Positions 27,720-36,722 of a stretch of 64,000 nucleotides of DNA are shown piece by piece. The translations under genes and the position numbers were made by a program. Within the stretch, counting starts at the first letter, position 1. Each line of letters starts with the position of its first letter. The DNA comes from Candidatus Sumerlaeaceae bacterium (GTDB taxonomy: Bacteria; Sumerlaeota; Sumerlaeia; Sumerlaeales; Sumerlaeaceae): positions 39,408 through 103,407 of the forward strand of contig JBPCLP010000058.1 in NCBI GenBank assembly GCA_051003195.1, read 5' to 3'. The notes under the pieces were generated by a model. It was not told where the DNA came from. It did no database searches and worked only from the letters and a program-made list of their open reading frames with translations.

Positions 27720-29222
27720 TTAATGCGCCCTCAGCAGCCTATCGATGCTCGGGTTGCTTTCCATGTGGAAGTCCACCGCCTGCGAATCGGAAGCAAGCAG
27801 CTCATCCAGGAAGTCGTGGTAGCGGCCAGAGGTCAGCAGGAATTTCTTGTCCGCGCGAACCGTTCGGAGGGATTTCTCTCGCTCCAGCTTCCATCCGCGA
27901 ACCTCCGCTGACAGCTCCCGGAACTTTGTCCCCCACGCCGTCAGGTTGTCGCCGGCATCATATAGTCCGCAGACTTTGGTAATGTCGTCCGAATTCGGAA
28001 CGTTTTGAAACGTCCACGTCAGCCAGCCCGATACATAGCGCTGCGAATGCCGAATCGCCTTTTCGCACCAAACCGGGTTTCTCTCGACAGGGTACATGTT
28101 GAATTCTTCCAGTATCACCGGCTTGCCGCGGAACGCCCATCTGGCCCACAGCTCTAGGCACTGGAGCTGCGTTTCGTCGCCGCGGTCAGCCGTGAATGTT
28201 GGATAAAAATGAATGCCAACAAAATCGAACGCGCGCGCAAGTTCATGTGCGTTATACTCGATTCCGAACAGCGGACCCTCGTAGGTTTTCCCGTAGCTGC
28301 GGTGCAGAATCCCCCATTGGATAAAGCCCATTGTGCAGAGCGCTTGAGGGTCGACGCTCTTTACCGCGCGCGTCTGACTAACCATATAATGAAAAGCGGC
28401 GTGCTCCCGGAACAGCATGAAGTCATAAAGGAATGCGTCGTTCGTCTTGTTCTCGTTCTCGTCGGTGCCTTCGGGCCGGGCGCGCCAGTCCGGCGAATTC
28501 TTCCCGTCCACACCAGCCGCCGGTATTTGCGCCCATTCCGTAAACGTGGTGCCCCACTCCGCATTGGCAATTGGGATCGTTCCATACCGGACTTTCGCCC
28601 AGTCTCGCCACGCATCAAGAGAAGCTGTTGTGTCCCAATCACGCAGCGCGGTCTCGACGCAGAACGAATAGGCGAAGATGCGTCCGTCATCGCGATAGCG
28701 TGTGGCGAACTGTTTCCAGAAATCCACCAGCGTTCTGCGCGGCCTTGCACCGAACCAGCGGCCATTTTGATTGAACCAGTTGGGAGCTCCGCCGTGCCAC
28801 GCGATCTCGAAGGTTGCGAGCAGTCGGACGCCCCGTTGTGCCGCGATCGCAAGAACCTGGTCGAAGCGCTGCAGGCAACCGTTGTCGAGGACAGCACCGT
28901 CGGATGTCTGCGGATCCGGCAGCATCCGCTTGCCAGAGAACACGACCTTGCACACATTTACCCCGAGATCGCGCATCCTGTCGAAATCTGCAGTGATTCT
29001 TTCGATATCGAACTTCTCCGTCGATAGATAATCCGGAGCCCACCCGCTCCAGCTCGGCGTGTAGTTCACGCCAAATGGAACGAAGGGCCGGTGGGATTGC
29101 GATTCGCGAAACGTCCAGTGATCCGGAGCCACTTCAATGCGCTCAAGTGTTGTGCTCGTCGCTGTACCTGACAGGCGAGCGGCGCATGCAACCATCATAA
29201 TCACTGTCGAGAAAACACGCAT
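27720..29222 (-). CDS. Secreted clan GH-A glycoside hydrolase (GH5/GH42-like)
   Basis: Signal peptide, PFVPFGVNY, DF.RMRDLGVN, RYRDD..IFAY, DFVGIHFYP, KPVILEEF. Confidence 0.75.
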   Translation of the reverse strand: MRVFSTVIMMVACAARLSGTATSTTLERIEVAPDHWTFRESQSHRPFVPFGVNYTPSWSGWAPDYLSTEKFDIERITADFDRMRDLGVNVCKVVFSGKRMLPDPQTSDGAVLDNGCLQRFDQVLAIAAQRGVRLLATFEIAWHGGAPNWFNQNGRWFGARPRRTLVDFWKQFATRYRDDGRIFAYSFCVETALRDWDTTASLDAWRDWAKVRYGTIPIANAEWGTTFTEWAQIPAAGVDGKNSPDWRARPEGTDENENKTNDAFLYDFMLFREHAAFHYMVSQTRAVKSVDPQALCTMGFIQWGILHRSYGKTYEGPLFGIEYNAHELARAFDFVGIHFYPTFTADRGDETQLQCLELWARWAFRGKPVILEEFNMYPVERNPVWCEKAIRHSQRYVSGWLTWTFQNVPNSDDITKVCGLYDAGDNLTAWGTKFRELSAEVRGWKLEREKSLRTVRADKKFLLTSGRYHDFLDELLASDSQAVDFHMESNPSIDRLLRAH

Positions 29223-29346
29223 CGTTAGCGCCTTGTGCCAGCCCTGTGATCAGCCAAAGGCAAGAACTCGGATGCATAGCAGGCTCGGCCGGAACAAAAC
29301 TCGCTCTCGATGCGAGCCGGGCACATATACCGCTTGGAGAGTTTGC

Positions 29347-29709
29347 ATGGAAGGAAGTCTTTGGGTTGAGCTGGTTGGCAACATTATCATGGCGCGCATC
29401 CGTGGAGTGCCGACCGAGGTCTTGCTTCGCGGGTGCCAGGATCGTGTTCTGGCGCTGCTTAAAGACACGTCTGTTCGAAACGTTTTGTATGACGGGCTGG
29501 AGCTTGAGTCACCCACCGTAGAAATCACGTTGATGCAACAGCACCTCAGCGAGCAAATGCACGAGCTGGGCGTACGCGTGGCATGCGTGGTGGCCAATAC
29601 CCGCATTGCGTACCTGTCCCGCCTTGCATTCGGATCGGGCGAACACCGGATCTTTTATAATGATATGGGCGCTGCGATCCGCTGGCTGGAAAGCGGCCAG
29701 CCCAGTTAA
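29347..29709 (+). CDS. Hypothetical protein, possibly STAS/SpoIIAA-like fold
   Basis: ATG at 29347; VLYD...RVACVV...FYND...A.RWL pattern as in SpoIIAA-like proteins. Confidence 0.55.
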   Translation: MEGSLWVELVGNIIMARIRGVPTEVLLRGCQDRVLALLKDTSVRNVLYDGLELESPTVEITLMQQHLSEQMHELGVRVACVVANTRIAYLSRLAFGSGEHRIFYNDMGAAIRWLESGQPS

Positions 29710-29718
29710 GTAAATGGG

Positions 29719-30813
29719 CTACTGACCGTAAATGAACGGCAGCGAAACCCATACGCTTTTTCCCTGGAACTGAGGAGGAAGCGGGCCGAGATTTGCCGTT
29801 TTCTCCACCGCATCGATCGCCCGCTGGTCATGTTCCGCGTTGCCAGTGGATTTGACCACCTTGGCATTTTTCACCGTGCCGTCAGAGAGGATTTCCCATT
29901 CTACAATACATGTTAGATCGGGATCGTTTACGCCATCGGGCACAATGAAATTACGCTGCAGCAGCAGGATTGCGCGGTTCGTGTATAGCTGTGGCAATGC
30001 ACTCTGGTTTGCATTGAGCACGAGCGGCGCTCCTTCGATTCCCTCGGCCACACCCGGAACACCCGCCTGTTTGCCTGCGGGCAGTTCATCGGCGGCAGTT
30101 GCCCCTGCGGGCGTTTGGCTGGGCAGGCGCGGATCGCGCCGTGCTGCTTCTCCCTTAGACAGATCGTAAGCGCTGGCGAGCTGTTTCGGTGTGGGCGTCG
30201 GTGTTTTCTTTGGGGTCGCGATCGTCTTCGACGCCTGTTTTTCTTTCGGTACCGGCTTGCCCCCGGGCCTTGGACTGGGCGATGCCTTTGTTGCAGGTTT
30301 TGCTGTCGCAGATGTGGTTGGCTGCGGCTTCGGCGTTGCCGTAGGTTGCGGTTTCTTTACGACTACCGTCGGTTCCGGCGTCGCCGTTTGCTGCGGAGTC
30401 GGAGCTGGCGTTGCGCGGTTTGCTACTGCCGGTGTAGGGTTCGGCGTGGCTCGTAGCGCCGGAGTAGGCGAGGCGACTGCAATCGGCGATACGCTTGGCG
30501 ATGGCGATGCCTGGACTTGCGGCGTCTCCATCTTACGCTCTTCGCTCTTCACGTTGCGCTCCGGGGTCTCACCGGGTGGTTTGGTTAGTTTGCTGACGAC
30601 CTCTTTGGTCAGCACGTGGTCCATGCCGGTTCCCTTCGGCAGCACCACGAATCTCAGTTTCTCCACCTTGGGTTTTGGAGTAAGCCAGGCTGAGACTATC
30701 AGCACGAGAAAGAAGGCCAGGTGGATCGCGAGGGAGTACTTTACGTAGCGGAGCACCAGCTTATCCTGCGATAGTCTACTTGCCGCTGCTCGTCTTGACG
30801 GTAGTCGCGACAT
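29719..30813 (-). CDS. TolA/TonB family protein
   Basis: TM with S-x3-H (YSLAIHLAF), long Pro/Thr/Lys-rich linker, C-terminal domain ILSDGTV.....KSTGN..HD..AI.AV.....L.PLP. Confidence 0.85.
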   Translation of the reverse strand: MSRLPSRRAAASRLSQDKLVLRYVKYSLAIHLAFFLVLIVSAWLTPKPKVEKLRFVVLPKGTGMDHVLTKEVVSKLTKPPGETPERNVKSEERKMETPQVQASPSPSVSPIAVASPTPALRATPNPTPAVANRATPAPTPQQTATPEPTVVVKKPQPTATPKPQPTTSATAKPATKASPSPRPGGKPVPKEKQASKTIATPKKTPTPTPKQLASAYDLSKGEAARRDPRLPSQTPAGATAADELPAGKQAGVPGVAEGIEGAPLVLNANQSALPQLYTNRAILLLQRNFIVPDGVNDPDLTCIVEWEILSDGTVKNAKVVKSTGNAEHDQRAIDAVEKTANLGPLPPQFQGKSVWVSLPFIYGQ

Positions 30814-31258
30814 CCGTATCCACAGGGAGCCCTACAGCCTCTACGCCCGCACGGCGAACCGCACCGATCGCCTGCACGAACGCTTCATAGGGAACATCAC
30901 GGTCGGCTTGAATCTCGACGGATAATTTGTCGCCGAGTTTCTTCTTTTTGGCAAGCAGCCGCTGCTCCATTTCGTTCAGCTCAACGGCTTCGCCATCGAG
31001 AAGGAAAGTTTTTACCCCGCCCTTGCTGGCGCTTGCGAGCGCGCGGGTAATCACAATCGTGGATAGCCCCTGCTGATCCGTGCTTAGCTGCGGCGCGCCT
31101 TCCTTCATGGAGGGTAGTTGCAGGTCGACGCCGTATTTAAGCGACGGCGCAACGATCATGAATGCAATCAGCAGAACGAATGCGACGTCGAGCAGCGAGG
31201 TCAAATTGATCTCGGCGTTTGGCTTCATGGCGCGCCTGTGCCGTCGCATGCTGCGCAT
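30776..31258 (-). CDS. TolR/ExbD family protein
   Basis: AEINLTSLLDVAFVLLIAFMIVAP, GVDLQLP, IQADRDVPY. Confidence 0.92.
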   Translation of the reverse strand: MRSMRRHRRAMKPNAEINLTSLLDVAFVLLIAFMIVAPSLKYGVDLQLPSMKEGAPQLSTDQQGLSTIVITRALASASKGGVKTFLLDGEAVELNEMEQRLLAKKKKLGDKLSVEIQADRDVPYEAFVQAIGAVRRAGVEAVGLPVDTDVATTVKTSSGK

Positions 31259-31260
31259 CG

Positions 31261-32010
31261 CTATACGTCCCCGACTGCCACGGCCTGTTTCACCATTCGC
31301 TTCTGGATGATATTTGCAAGCTCGAGCGCGAATGAATCCATGCGACTCGTCAGGATAGCAATTTTGTTTGATAAGTAGTTATAAAATAAACTTGCTGGTA
31401 TCGCCGCAACGAGTCCCGCAACGGTCGCGACCAGTGCCGTGGCCATGCCTGGAGCCAGCGCCGATAATGCAGCACTGCCGGACTTCGACAATGCCTGGAA
31501 GGCGGCAAGCACGCCCCACACGGTGCCAAATAACCCGATGAATGGCGAGACACTGCTTGTGGTCGCGAGGAAAATCAGGTGGCTTTCCAGCCGGCGAAGC
31601 TCATTGGAGATAGTCCGTTCCATGACGCGTTCCACACCAAGCCGGGCAGCGGTCAGGCGCTCTTCGAGACCAAAGCCACCTTGGGAGTACCAGTTCTCTG
31701 CTTCCATCTCAATGTAGGCCTCTCGGAGGATCTGTGCAAGTGGACTCTGCGGGTATTCGCCCGTGCGCCGATAGGCCTCCTCAAGGCTGCCGGAACTATC
31801 CAGGCAGCGATCAAATGCATCTGACTGCCGCATGGCCGCACCGATCTGGTTAAGTTTGTGGAGAATGATTACCCACGAAATGCCCGACAATGCCAGACAC
31901 ACGAACAGGCAGACCGCCCCCATTAGGTCGCTGTCCCGGATCGCCTGTAGGATGTTGACGTGGTTGGCCGCAAATCCGGTGGCAAGCATTGGCTCGAACG
32001 GTATGTGCAT
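31261..32010 (-). CDS. TolQ/ExbB/MotA proton channel family protein
   Basis: SPFIGLFGTVWGV and APGMATALVATVAGL.AAIPA..FYN; ATG at 32010 after GGAGG. Confidence 0.93.
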   Translation of the reverse strand: MHIPFEPMLATGFAANHVNILQAIRDSDLMGAVCLFVCLALSGISWVIILHKLNQIGAAMRQSDAFDRCLDSSGSLEEAYRRTGEYPQSPLAQILREAYIEMEAENWYSQGGFGLEERLTAARLGVERVMERTISNELRRLESHLIFLATTSSVSPFIGLFGTVWGVLAAFQALSKSGSAALSALAPGMATALVATVAGLVAAIPASLFYNYLSNKIAILTSRMDSFALELANIIQKRMVKQAVAVGDV

Positions 32011-32015
32011 TGAAA

Positions 32016-32936
32016 TCAAGCCTCCACGCGAAGCCGATTGAGGATTCGCTCCAATTCGTCCAGCGAATCGTAATAGATTTCGATTTTACCGCGGTCCTTC
32101 CCGCTGCTCTTGACGTCCACTTTGCATGCAAACGCTTCAATCAATTGTTCCCTGAGGCGCCGAACATCAGCATCTTCGTTGCGACTGCTCTTCTGCTGGC
32201 GCGGTGCAGTGCGCCCGGTCGCGATGTTATCCATAGCTATCCGAGTAGCGCGCTCCTCGGCTTGGCGGACGCTAAGTTGTTCATTTACAATGATGTCGCG
32301 CAGTTTTTGCCGCATCCGCTCGTTATCGAGGCTCAGCAGAGCGCGCGCGTGGCCGGCTGTCAGGCGACCTTCCACCATATCGCGCTGGAATTCTTCCGAG
32401 AGCTTCAGCAGGCGCAGCGTGTTTGCCACGGCCGGGCGACTCTTGCTGACACGCTCCGCAACTTCGTCCTGTGACAGGCCGAAGGTCTCCACCAGGGCCT
32501 GATAGGCACGCGCCTCCTCCAGCGGGGAGAGGTTTTCACGCTGGAGGTTTTCGATCAGAGCGCACTCGAGGATCTCCTGGTCGGACAGAGAATCCAGTAC
32601 CACGGCAGGAATCTCCGTCAGGCCGGCCTGCTGCGCAGCGCGCCAGCGGCGTTCGCCCGCGACGAGTATATAATGCGCTCCGGCCTGCATAACCGCGATC
32701 GGCTGAAGGACCCCGTGTGCTTTGATGGAGTTCGATAATTCCTCAAGTGAAGCAGGATCAAACGTTTGTCGAGGCTGCTCCGGGTTCCGATGGATTGACC
32801 CGATCGGCAATTTGCTGCTGCCAGGTCGCTCTGCCGTTGCGGGTGCGTTAGGTTCCATTGCTGGCGGCAGGGTACTGATGCGTTGAGGGAGCAGGGCTTC
32901 CAACCCTCTACCGAGCGCTCGTTTTTTGGGCTGCAT
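32016..32936 (-). CDS. parB: Chromosome partitioning protein ParB/Spo0J
   Basis: ALGRGL.AL, NP.QPR, GVLQPI, AGERRWRA, ENLQRENL, HTH KSRPAVANTLRLL, GHARALL. Confidence 0.97.
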   Translation of the reverse strand: MQPKKRALGRGLEALLPQRISTLPPAMEPNAPATAERPGSSKLPIGSIHRNPEQPRQTFDPASLEELSNSIKAHGVLQPIAVMQAGAHYILVAGERRWRAAQQAGLTEIPAVVLDSLSDQEILECALIENLQRENLSPLEEARAYQALVETFGLSQDEVAERVSKSRPAVANTLRLLKLSEEFQRDMVEGRLTAGHARALLSLDNERMRQKLRDIIVNEQLSVRQAEERATRIAMDNIATGRTAPRQQKSSRNEDADVRRLREQLIEAFACKVDVKSSGKDRGKIEIYYDSLDELERILNRLRVEA

Positions 32937-33681
32937 GTAGCACCTCCTCCGCTAAAGCAATGTAGTTACGCGCTCCCAAAGAGCGAAAATCATAAAGTAT
33001 GATTGGTTTTCCATGGCTGGGCGCTTCGGCCAGACGGACCGAACGTTGGATATAGGTCTTGAACAGCTTATCCCCGAAATGCGTCTGCACCTCGTCAGTG
33101 ACCTGCTGACAGATATTGAGTCGGGCGTCGTGCATGGTCATGACGATACCGAGCACTTCCAGAGAAGGGTTAATTCCGCCCGTGCGGACTCGATCGATGG
33201 TTTGCATGAGCATCGACAAACCCTCCAGCGCGTAGTATTCGCATTGAACCGGGATAATGACTGAGTCGCAGGCAGCGAGCACGTTGAGGGTGAGAAGCCC
33301 GAGGGACGGCGGACCATCAATAAGTATAAAATCATATTCATCGGTCAAAGGACGAATGGCTTGCCGAAGATGGTCGTGGCGCGACTCCGACTCCAGCAAC
33401 TCCAACTCGGCACCGTAAAGATCGGCGGAGGAGGGGATTACCTCCAGATTGGGTACGATACAGGGTCGGGCGGCTTCTTTTGCTGGAGTTCCATCAAGGA
33501 GGACGTTGTAGGTCGTAAAGCCGGTTCGGTCGAGGCTGAGGGCTGAAGTGGCGTTGGCCTGGGCGTCCGCGTCGATGAGTAAAACGTGTTTTCCGGCAAA
33601 TGCCAGGCATGCGGCGAGGTTAACGGCGGTCGTTGTCTTACCAACCCCGCCTTTTTGATTCACAAATCCTATAATGGGCAA
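32908..33681 (-). CDS. parA: Chromosome partitioning ATPase ParA/Soj
   Basis: NQKGGVGKTTT, D.PPSLGLLT, PVQCEYYALEG, RLAEAPSHG. Confidence 0.97.
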   Translation of the reverse strand: MPIIGFVNQKGGVGKTTTAVNLAACLAFAGKHVLLIDADAQANATSALSLDRTGFTTYNVLLDGTPAKEAARPCIVPNLEVIPSSADLYGAELELLESESRHDHLRQAIRPLTDEYDFILIDGPPSLGLLTLNVLAACDSVIIPVQCEYYALEGLSMLMQTIDRVRTGGINPSLEVLGIVMTMHDARLNICQQVTDEVQTHFGDKLFKTYIQRSVRLAEAPSHGKPIILYDFRSLGARNYIALAEEVLHAAQKTSAR

Positions 33682-33750
33682 CTTGCGCGTTCCTGCAACT
33701 GGAGCTTAGACAGCGTTCGAGGAGCGGACCCCTGAATGCAAGGGGAAGTT

Positions 33751-33766
33751 TGTTTCACGTGGAACG
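33751..33766. promoter_or_regulatory. parS site 1
   Basis: TGTTTCACGTGGAACG, close to the consensus TGTTTCACGTGAAACA, upstream of parA. Confidence 0.88.
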
Positions 33767-33768
33767 AT

Positions 33769-33777
33769 TGTGGAAAA
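33769..33777 (-). promoter_or_regulatory. DnaA box between the two parS sites
   Basis: TGTGGAAAA on + is TTTTCCACA on -, matching TTWTNCACA. Confidence 0.5.
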
Positions 33778-33794
33778 CTTAGCCTAATACCAGA

Positions 33795-33810
33795 TGTTCC
33801 ACGTGAAACG
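33795..33810. promoter_or_regulatory. parS site 2
   Basis: TGTTCCACGTGAAACG. Confidence 0.88.
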
Positions 33811-33815
33811 CATAT

Positions 33816-34184
33816 CTACTCTGTCTTGGTACTACTACTTGTATCAGCAGTGGGGCTAGGCTTCGCGCTTTCCGCAGGTTTCACGTCCAATTTTTTCGTT
33901 TCAACAGGGGATTTGTTCTCTCCGCCATCCGTTTTGTTTTCGTTGCCAGCCTTCGTTGCACCCGTCTCGCCATCCGTTTTGGCAGCGCCGCTCTCTGCAC
34001 CCTTGTTTTTGTAATCGGTAATGTAAAAGCCGGAACCCTTAAAGATCAGACCCGATCCCGCGCTTAGCAGTTTGGTCAGCTTACCATCGCACTCTTCACA
34101 CTTCTCTTTCCGGGGCTCGGACATCGTTTGAAAGAACTCGAACACCTTGCCGCATTTACCGCATTCATACTCGTAGGTTGGCAT
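33816..34184 (-). CDS. FmdB family zinc-ribbon protein
   Basis: MPTYEYECGKCG..FE..Q......CEEC...L.KL.....IFKGSGFYITDY. Confidence 0.92.
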   Translation of the reverse strand: MPTYEYECGKCGKVFEFFQTMSEPRKEKCEECDGKLTKLLSAGSGLIFKGSGFYITDYKNKGAESGAAKTDGETGATKAGNENKTDGGENKSPVETKKLDVKPAESAKPSPTADTSSSTKTE

Positions 34185-34276
34185 TGACGTTGCCCTTCCG
34201 AACGCTTCGATTTTGACCACCAATACAACAGAGACACTTTAGTTATTACAGCATAACTCCGGAGAAGCCGCCTTCC

Positions 34277-35734
34277 TTGTCCACCATTCTTATCATCGGT
34301 ACTGGGCCCCTCTATTCGCCTGAAGCAAAAGTCTTTAGCGGACAATCGCTGCGCACCTGGCACATCACCAAGCCGCTCCGTGACGCCGGCCATGCGATTG
34401 ATCTAATCGTAATCCCAACCGACGGCTATGAGATCTCCAGTTCTGAACCCACCACAACCGTCCGTTATGATACCTTTAACTACACGCTGATCAATTCTCA
34501 CAGCCCTGACCAGGTGTTGCCGGTTCTACAATCGGCGGTCGACCAGAAGAAGTTCGACGCTATAATTGCCGTAAACGTAAACGCAGCAGCCATCGCGGCA
34601 AGGCTTTCCACGAAGGTGCCCATGTGGGCTGACCTGATGGGCCACGTAATGGGGGAAGCTCAGACCAAATCGTCAACTTACGACGATGACAGCTACGTGC
34701 AGCATTTCTGGCAGCGCGAGCGCCTGGTGCTCAGGCGGGCGGACCGGTTTTCCGTCAGCTCCCATAAGCAAATGTATGCCCTTCTGGGAGAGCTTGGTAC
34801 TACGGGCCGTCTCGGTAAGCAAACTTGCGCGCATCCATTTGTCAGCGTGATCCCCATTGGTGCTGCCGAGCAGTTTCTGAATATGGACCTGCAGTTCGCC
34901 GAGCGGCAGTTCCGCGGGCCTGTGTTCCCCGAGGACACCTTTGCGGTTTTGTGGACCGGCGGTTACAACACGTGGACAGATGTCAAAACGCTGGCCGCGG
35001 CGTTGTCCCTCGCCATGGAACAAATTCCGAGGATGCGGTTCATCTCAACAGGCGGTGCGATTCCGGGGCACGACGAAATAAGTTATCCTGCCTTCATTGA
35101 GGAGATGCAACGTACTGGATTTGCGGACCGCTGCCATTTCCTCGGCTGGATCGAAGGACAGCAACTACCGAACTTGTACGCGGAATGCGATCTGGGCCTC
35201 AACCTGGATGGTCTAAATTACGAGACACTATTCGGTGGTCGGATACGGTTGACCAACATGATGGCAGCAGGCGTGCCGGTTTTAACGACGTTAGGAACTG
35301 AGCTAAGTGAAGTCATAGCAGAGGCTCGGCTCGGGTACACGGTTAAGATTGGCAAGGTGCAGGAATTTGCCGACACGATTCATCGGGCCTTTCGAAATCC
35401 GCTGGAGCGGCGACAGCTGGCGCAGCGGGCGAAGAATTATTGCCGGGAGAATTTCACTTACGAAGCCACGACTCGCGGACTCGCGCGATGGGCTGCCGAC
35501 CCCGCTCTTGCACCTGATAATTTGGAAAAAGTTCGCACCAATCCGGGCGTGAAGCGTCCGGCCGACGTGGCCTTGAATCCGCTCGAGCGCGAGTCGGCTT
35601 TTCTGGAGTCCGGCGGGCTGGCGGAAGTCGAACGTTTAAAATCCGAACTGGCTCAGCTCAAAGGCAGTGGCTTCTTTAAATTACGTGAAAAGGTCCACTC
35701 ACTGAAATCCAGGAAGAAGCTGTTCACGGACTAG
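34277..35734 (+). CDS. GT-B fold glycosyltransferase (family 4-like)
   Basis: LWTGG, FLGWI......Y..CDLG, MAAGVPVLTT, F.YE. Confidence 0.8.
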   Translation: MSTILIIGTGPLYSPEAKVFSGQSLRTWHITKPLRDAGHAIDLIVIPTDGYEISSSEPTTTVRYDTFNYTLINSHSPDQVLPVLQSAVDQKKFDAIIAVNVNAAAIAARLSTKVPMWADLMGHVMGEAQTKSSTYDDDSYVQHFWQRERLVLRRADRFSVSSHKQMYALLGELGTTGRLGKQTCAHPFVSVIPIGAAEQFLNMDLQFAERQFRGPVFPEDTFAVLWTGGYNTWTDVKTLAAALSLAMEQIPRMRFISTGGAIPGHDEISYPAFIEEMQRTGFADRCHFLGWIEGQQLPNLYAECDLGLNLDGLNYETLFGGRIRLTNMMAAGVPVLTTLGTELSEVIAEARLGYTVKIGKVQEFADTIHRAFRNPLERRQLAQRAKNYCRENFTYEATTRGLARWAADPALAPDNLEKVRTNPGVKRPADVALNPLERESAFLESGGLAEVERLKSELAQLKGSGFFKLREKVHSLKSRKKLFTD

Positions 35735-35750
35735 ACGAACGAGAAACCGT

Positions 35751-36656
35751 TTATTGCGCTAAGTCCAGTTCCACAAATTCAGGAGCGGCAGCCTTGCCGC
35801 CGGATCCAACTACCTGCCGAACAAGAACGCCGCTTACGCGTGTCGGCGCAGGTGCATTGCTGGCACTTGGTTCCATCGTAAACCGAATGCTCGCAGGCTT
35901 CTGGTACGTGGGAGCTCCAGTCGCTGACGCCTCGGCAGCCGACAATTGGGGAGTATCGATGACCACCCCATCCTGGTTACCGGGGAAAAAGAACAGGCGG
36001 TGAAGATCAGGGTGACGGTCCTTTGCGACGAGTTGTGCGTCGGCGGTCGCGGCCACCAGGATCTCGACACTTGTTTTGTTCCCGCTGGCGTTGCGTTTTA
36101 CTTCCACGCCCTTCGGTACAGCGGTTGCCAGTTTTGGAACCAGTGCTTTGTATTTTGCAAAAACTTCCTCATTTGCTGGCTGGCCCTTGCCTATGGGAAG
36201 CCTCAGAGAAACATCCTGCTTTCCGGGAATACAGCGATCGCTGCACATTAACCAGCGGCACTTCGCATTCAGTTCCACCTCGCCTTTAGCCTGCGCGGAT
36301 ACCCGCGCTTCGGTCATCAGGAGCACTTCGCCCTCGTAGCCGTACGACACGATATCGCCGGGCGCCGTGAACGCAATCGGAGCCGGATACTGCGTCTCGC
36401 CAACCGAGCCGCCTTCGGGTACTGCCCATGTCACTTTGGTGGCAAGCCCAGACGTTCCAGGGTTCTCCCAGTAGATATGCCAGCCCGGCTGCACCTTGAA
36501 TAGCACACCCAGCGTAAAAGTGGTCTCGGGTTGCACGGCCGTAATGTTCGCAATTAAACTCGCCCCAACGATGCTTGCGTTGGAATCCTGCGCTGGTGCG
36601 TCGGAGCACGCAAGAATTGTCGCGGCGCAAAATGCGAAATGGAAGAAGTTACGCAT
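35751..36656 (-). CDS. Exported DsbD N-terminal-like thiol:disulfide domain protein
   Basis: Signal peptide, PGWHIYWENPG.SG, YGYEGEV, WLMCSDRCIPG. Confidence 0.85.
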   Translation of the reverse strand: MRNFFHFAFCAATILACSDAPAQDSNASIVGASLIANITAVQPETTFTLGVLFKVQPGWHIYWENPGTSGLATKVTWAVPEGGSVGETQYPAPIAFTAPGDIVSYGYEGEVLLMTEARVSAQAKGEVELNAKCRWLMCSDRCIPGKQDVSLRLPIGKGQPANEEVFAKYKALVPKLATAVPKGVEVKRNASGNKTSVEILVAATADAQLVAKDRHPDLHRLFFFPGNQDGVVIDTPQLSAAEASATGAPTYQKPASIRFTMEPSASNAPAPTRVSGVLVRQVVGSGGKAAAPEFVELDLAQ

Positions 36657-36722
36657 TGTTAATTCCTTAATTTAATAATAAACTTGGGAGTTTCCCGGAT
36701 GAATGTCGGACTTCGGCGGATG

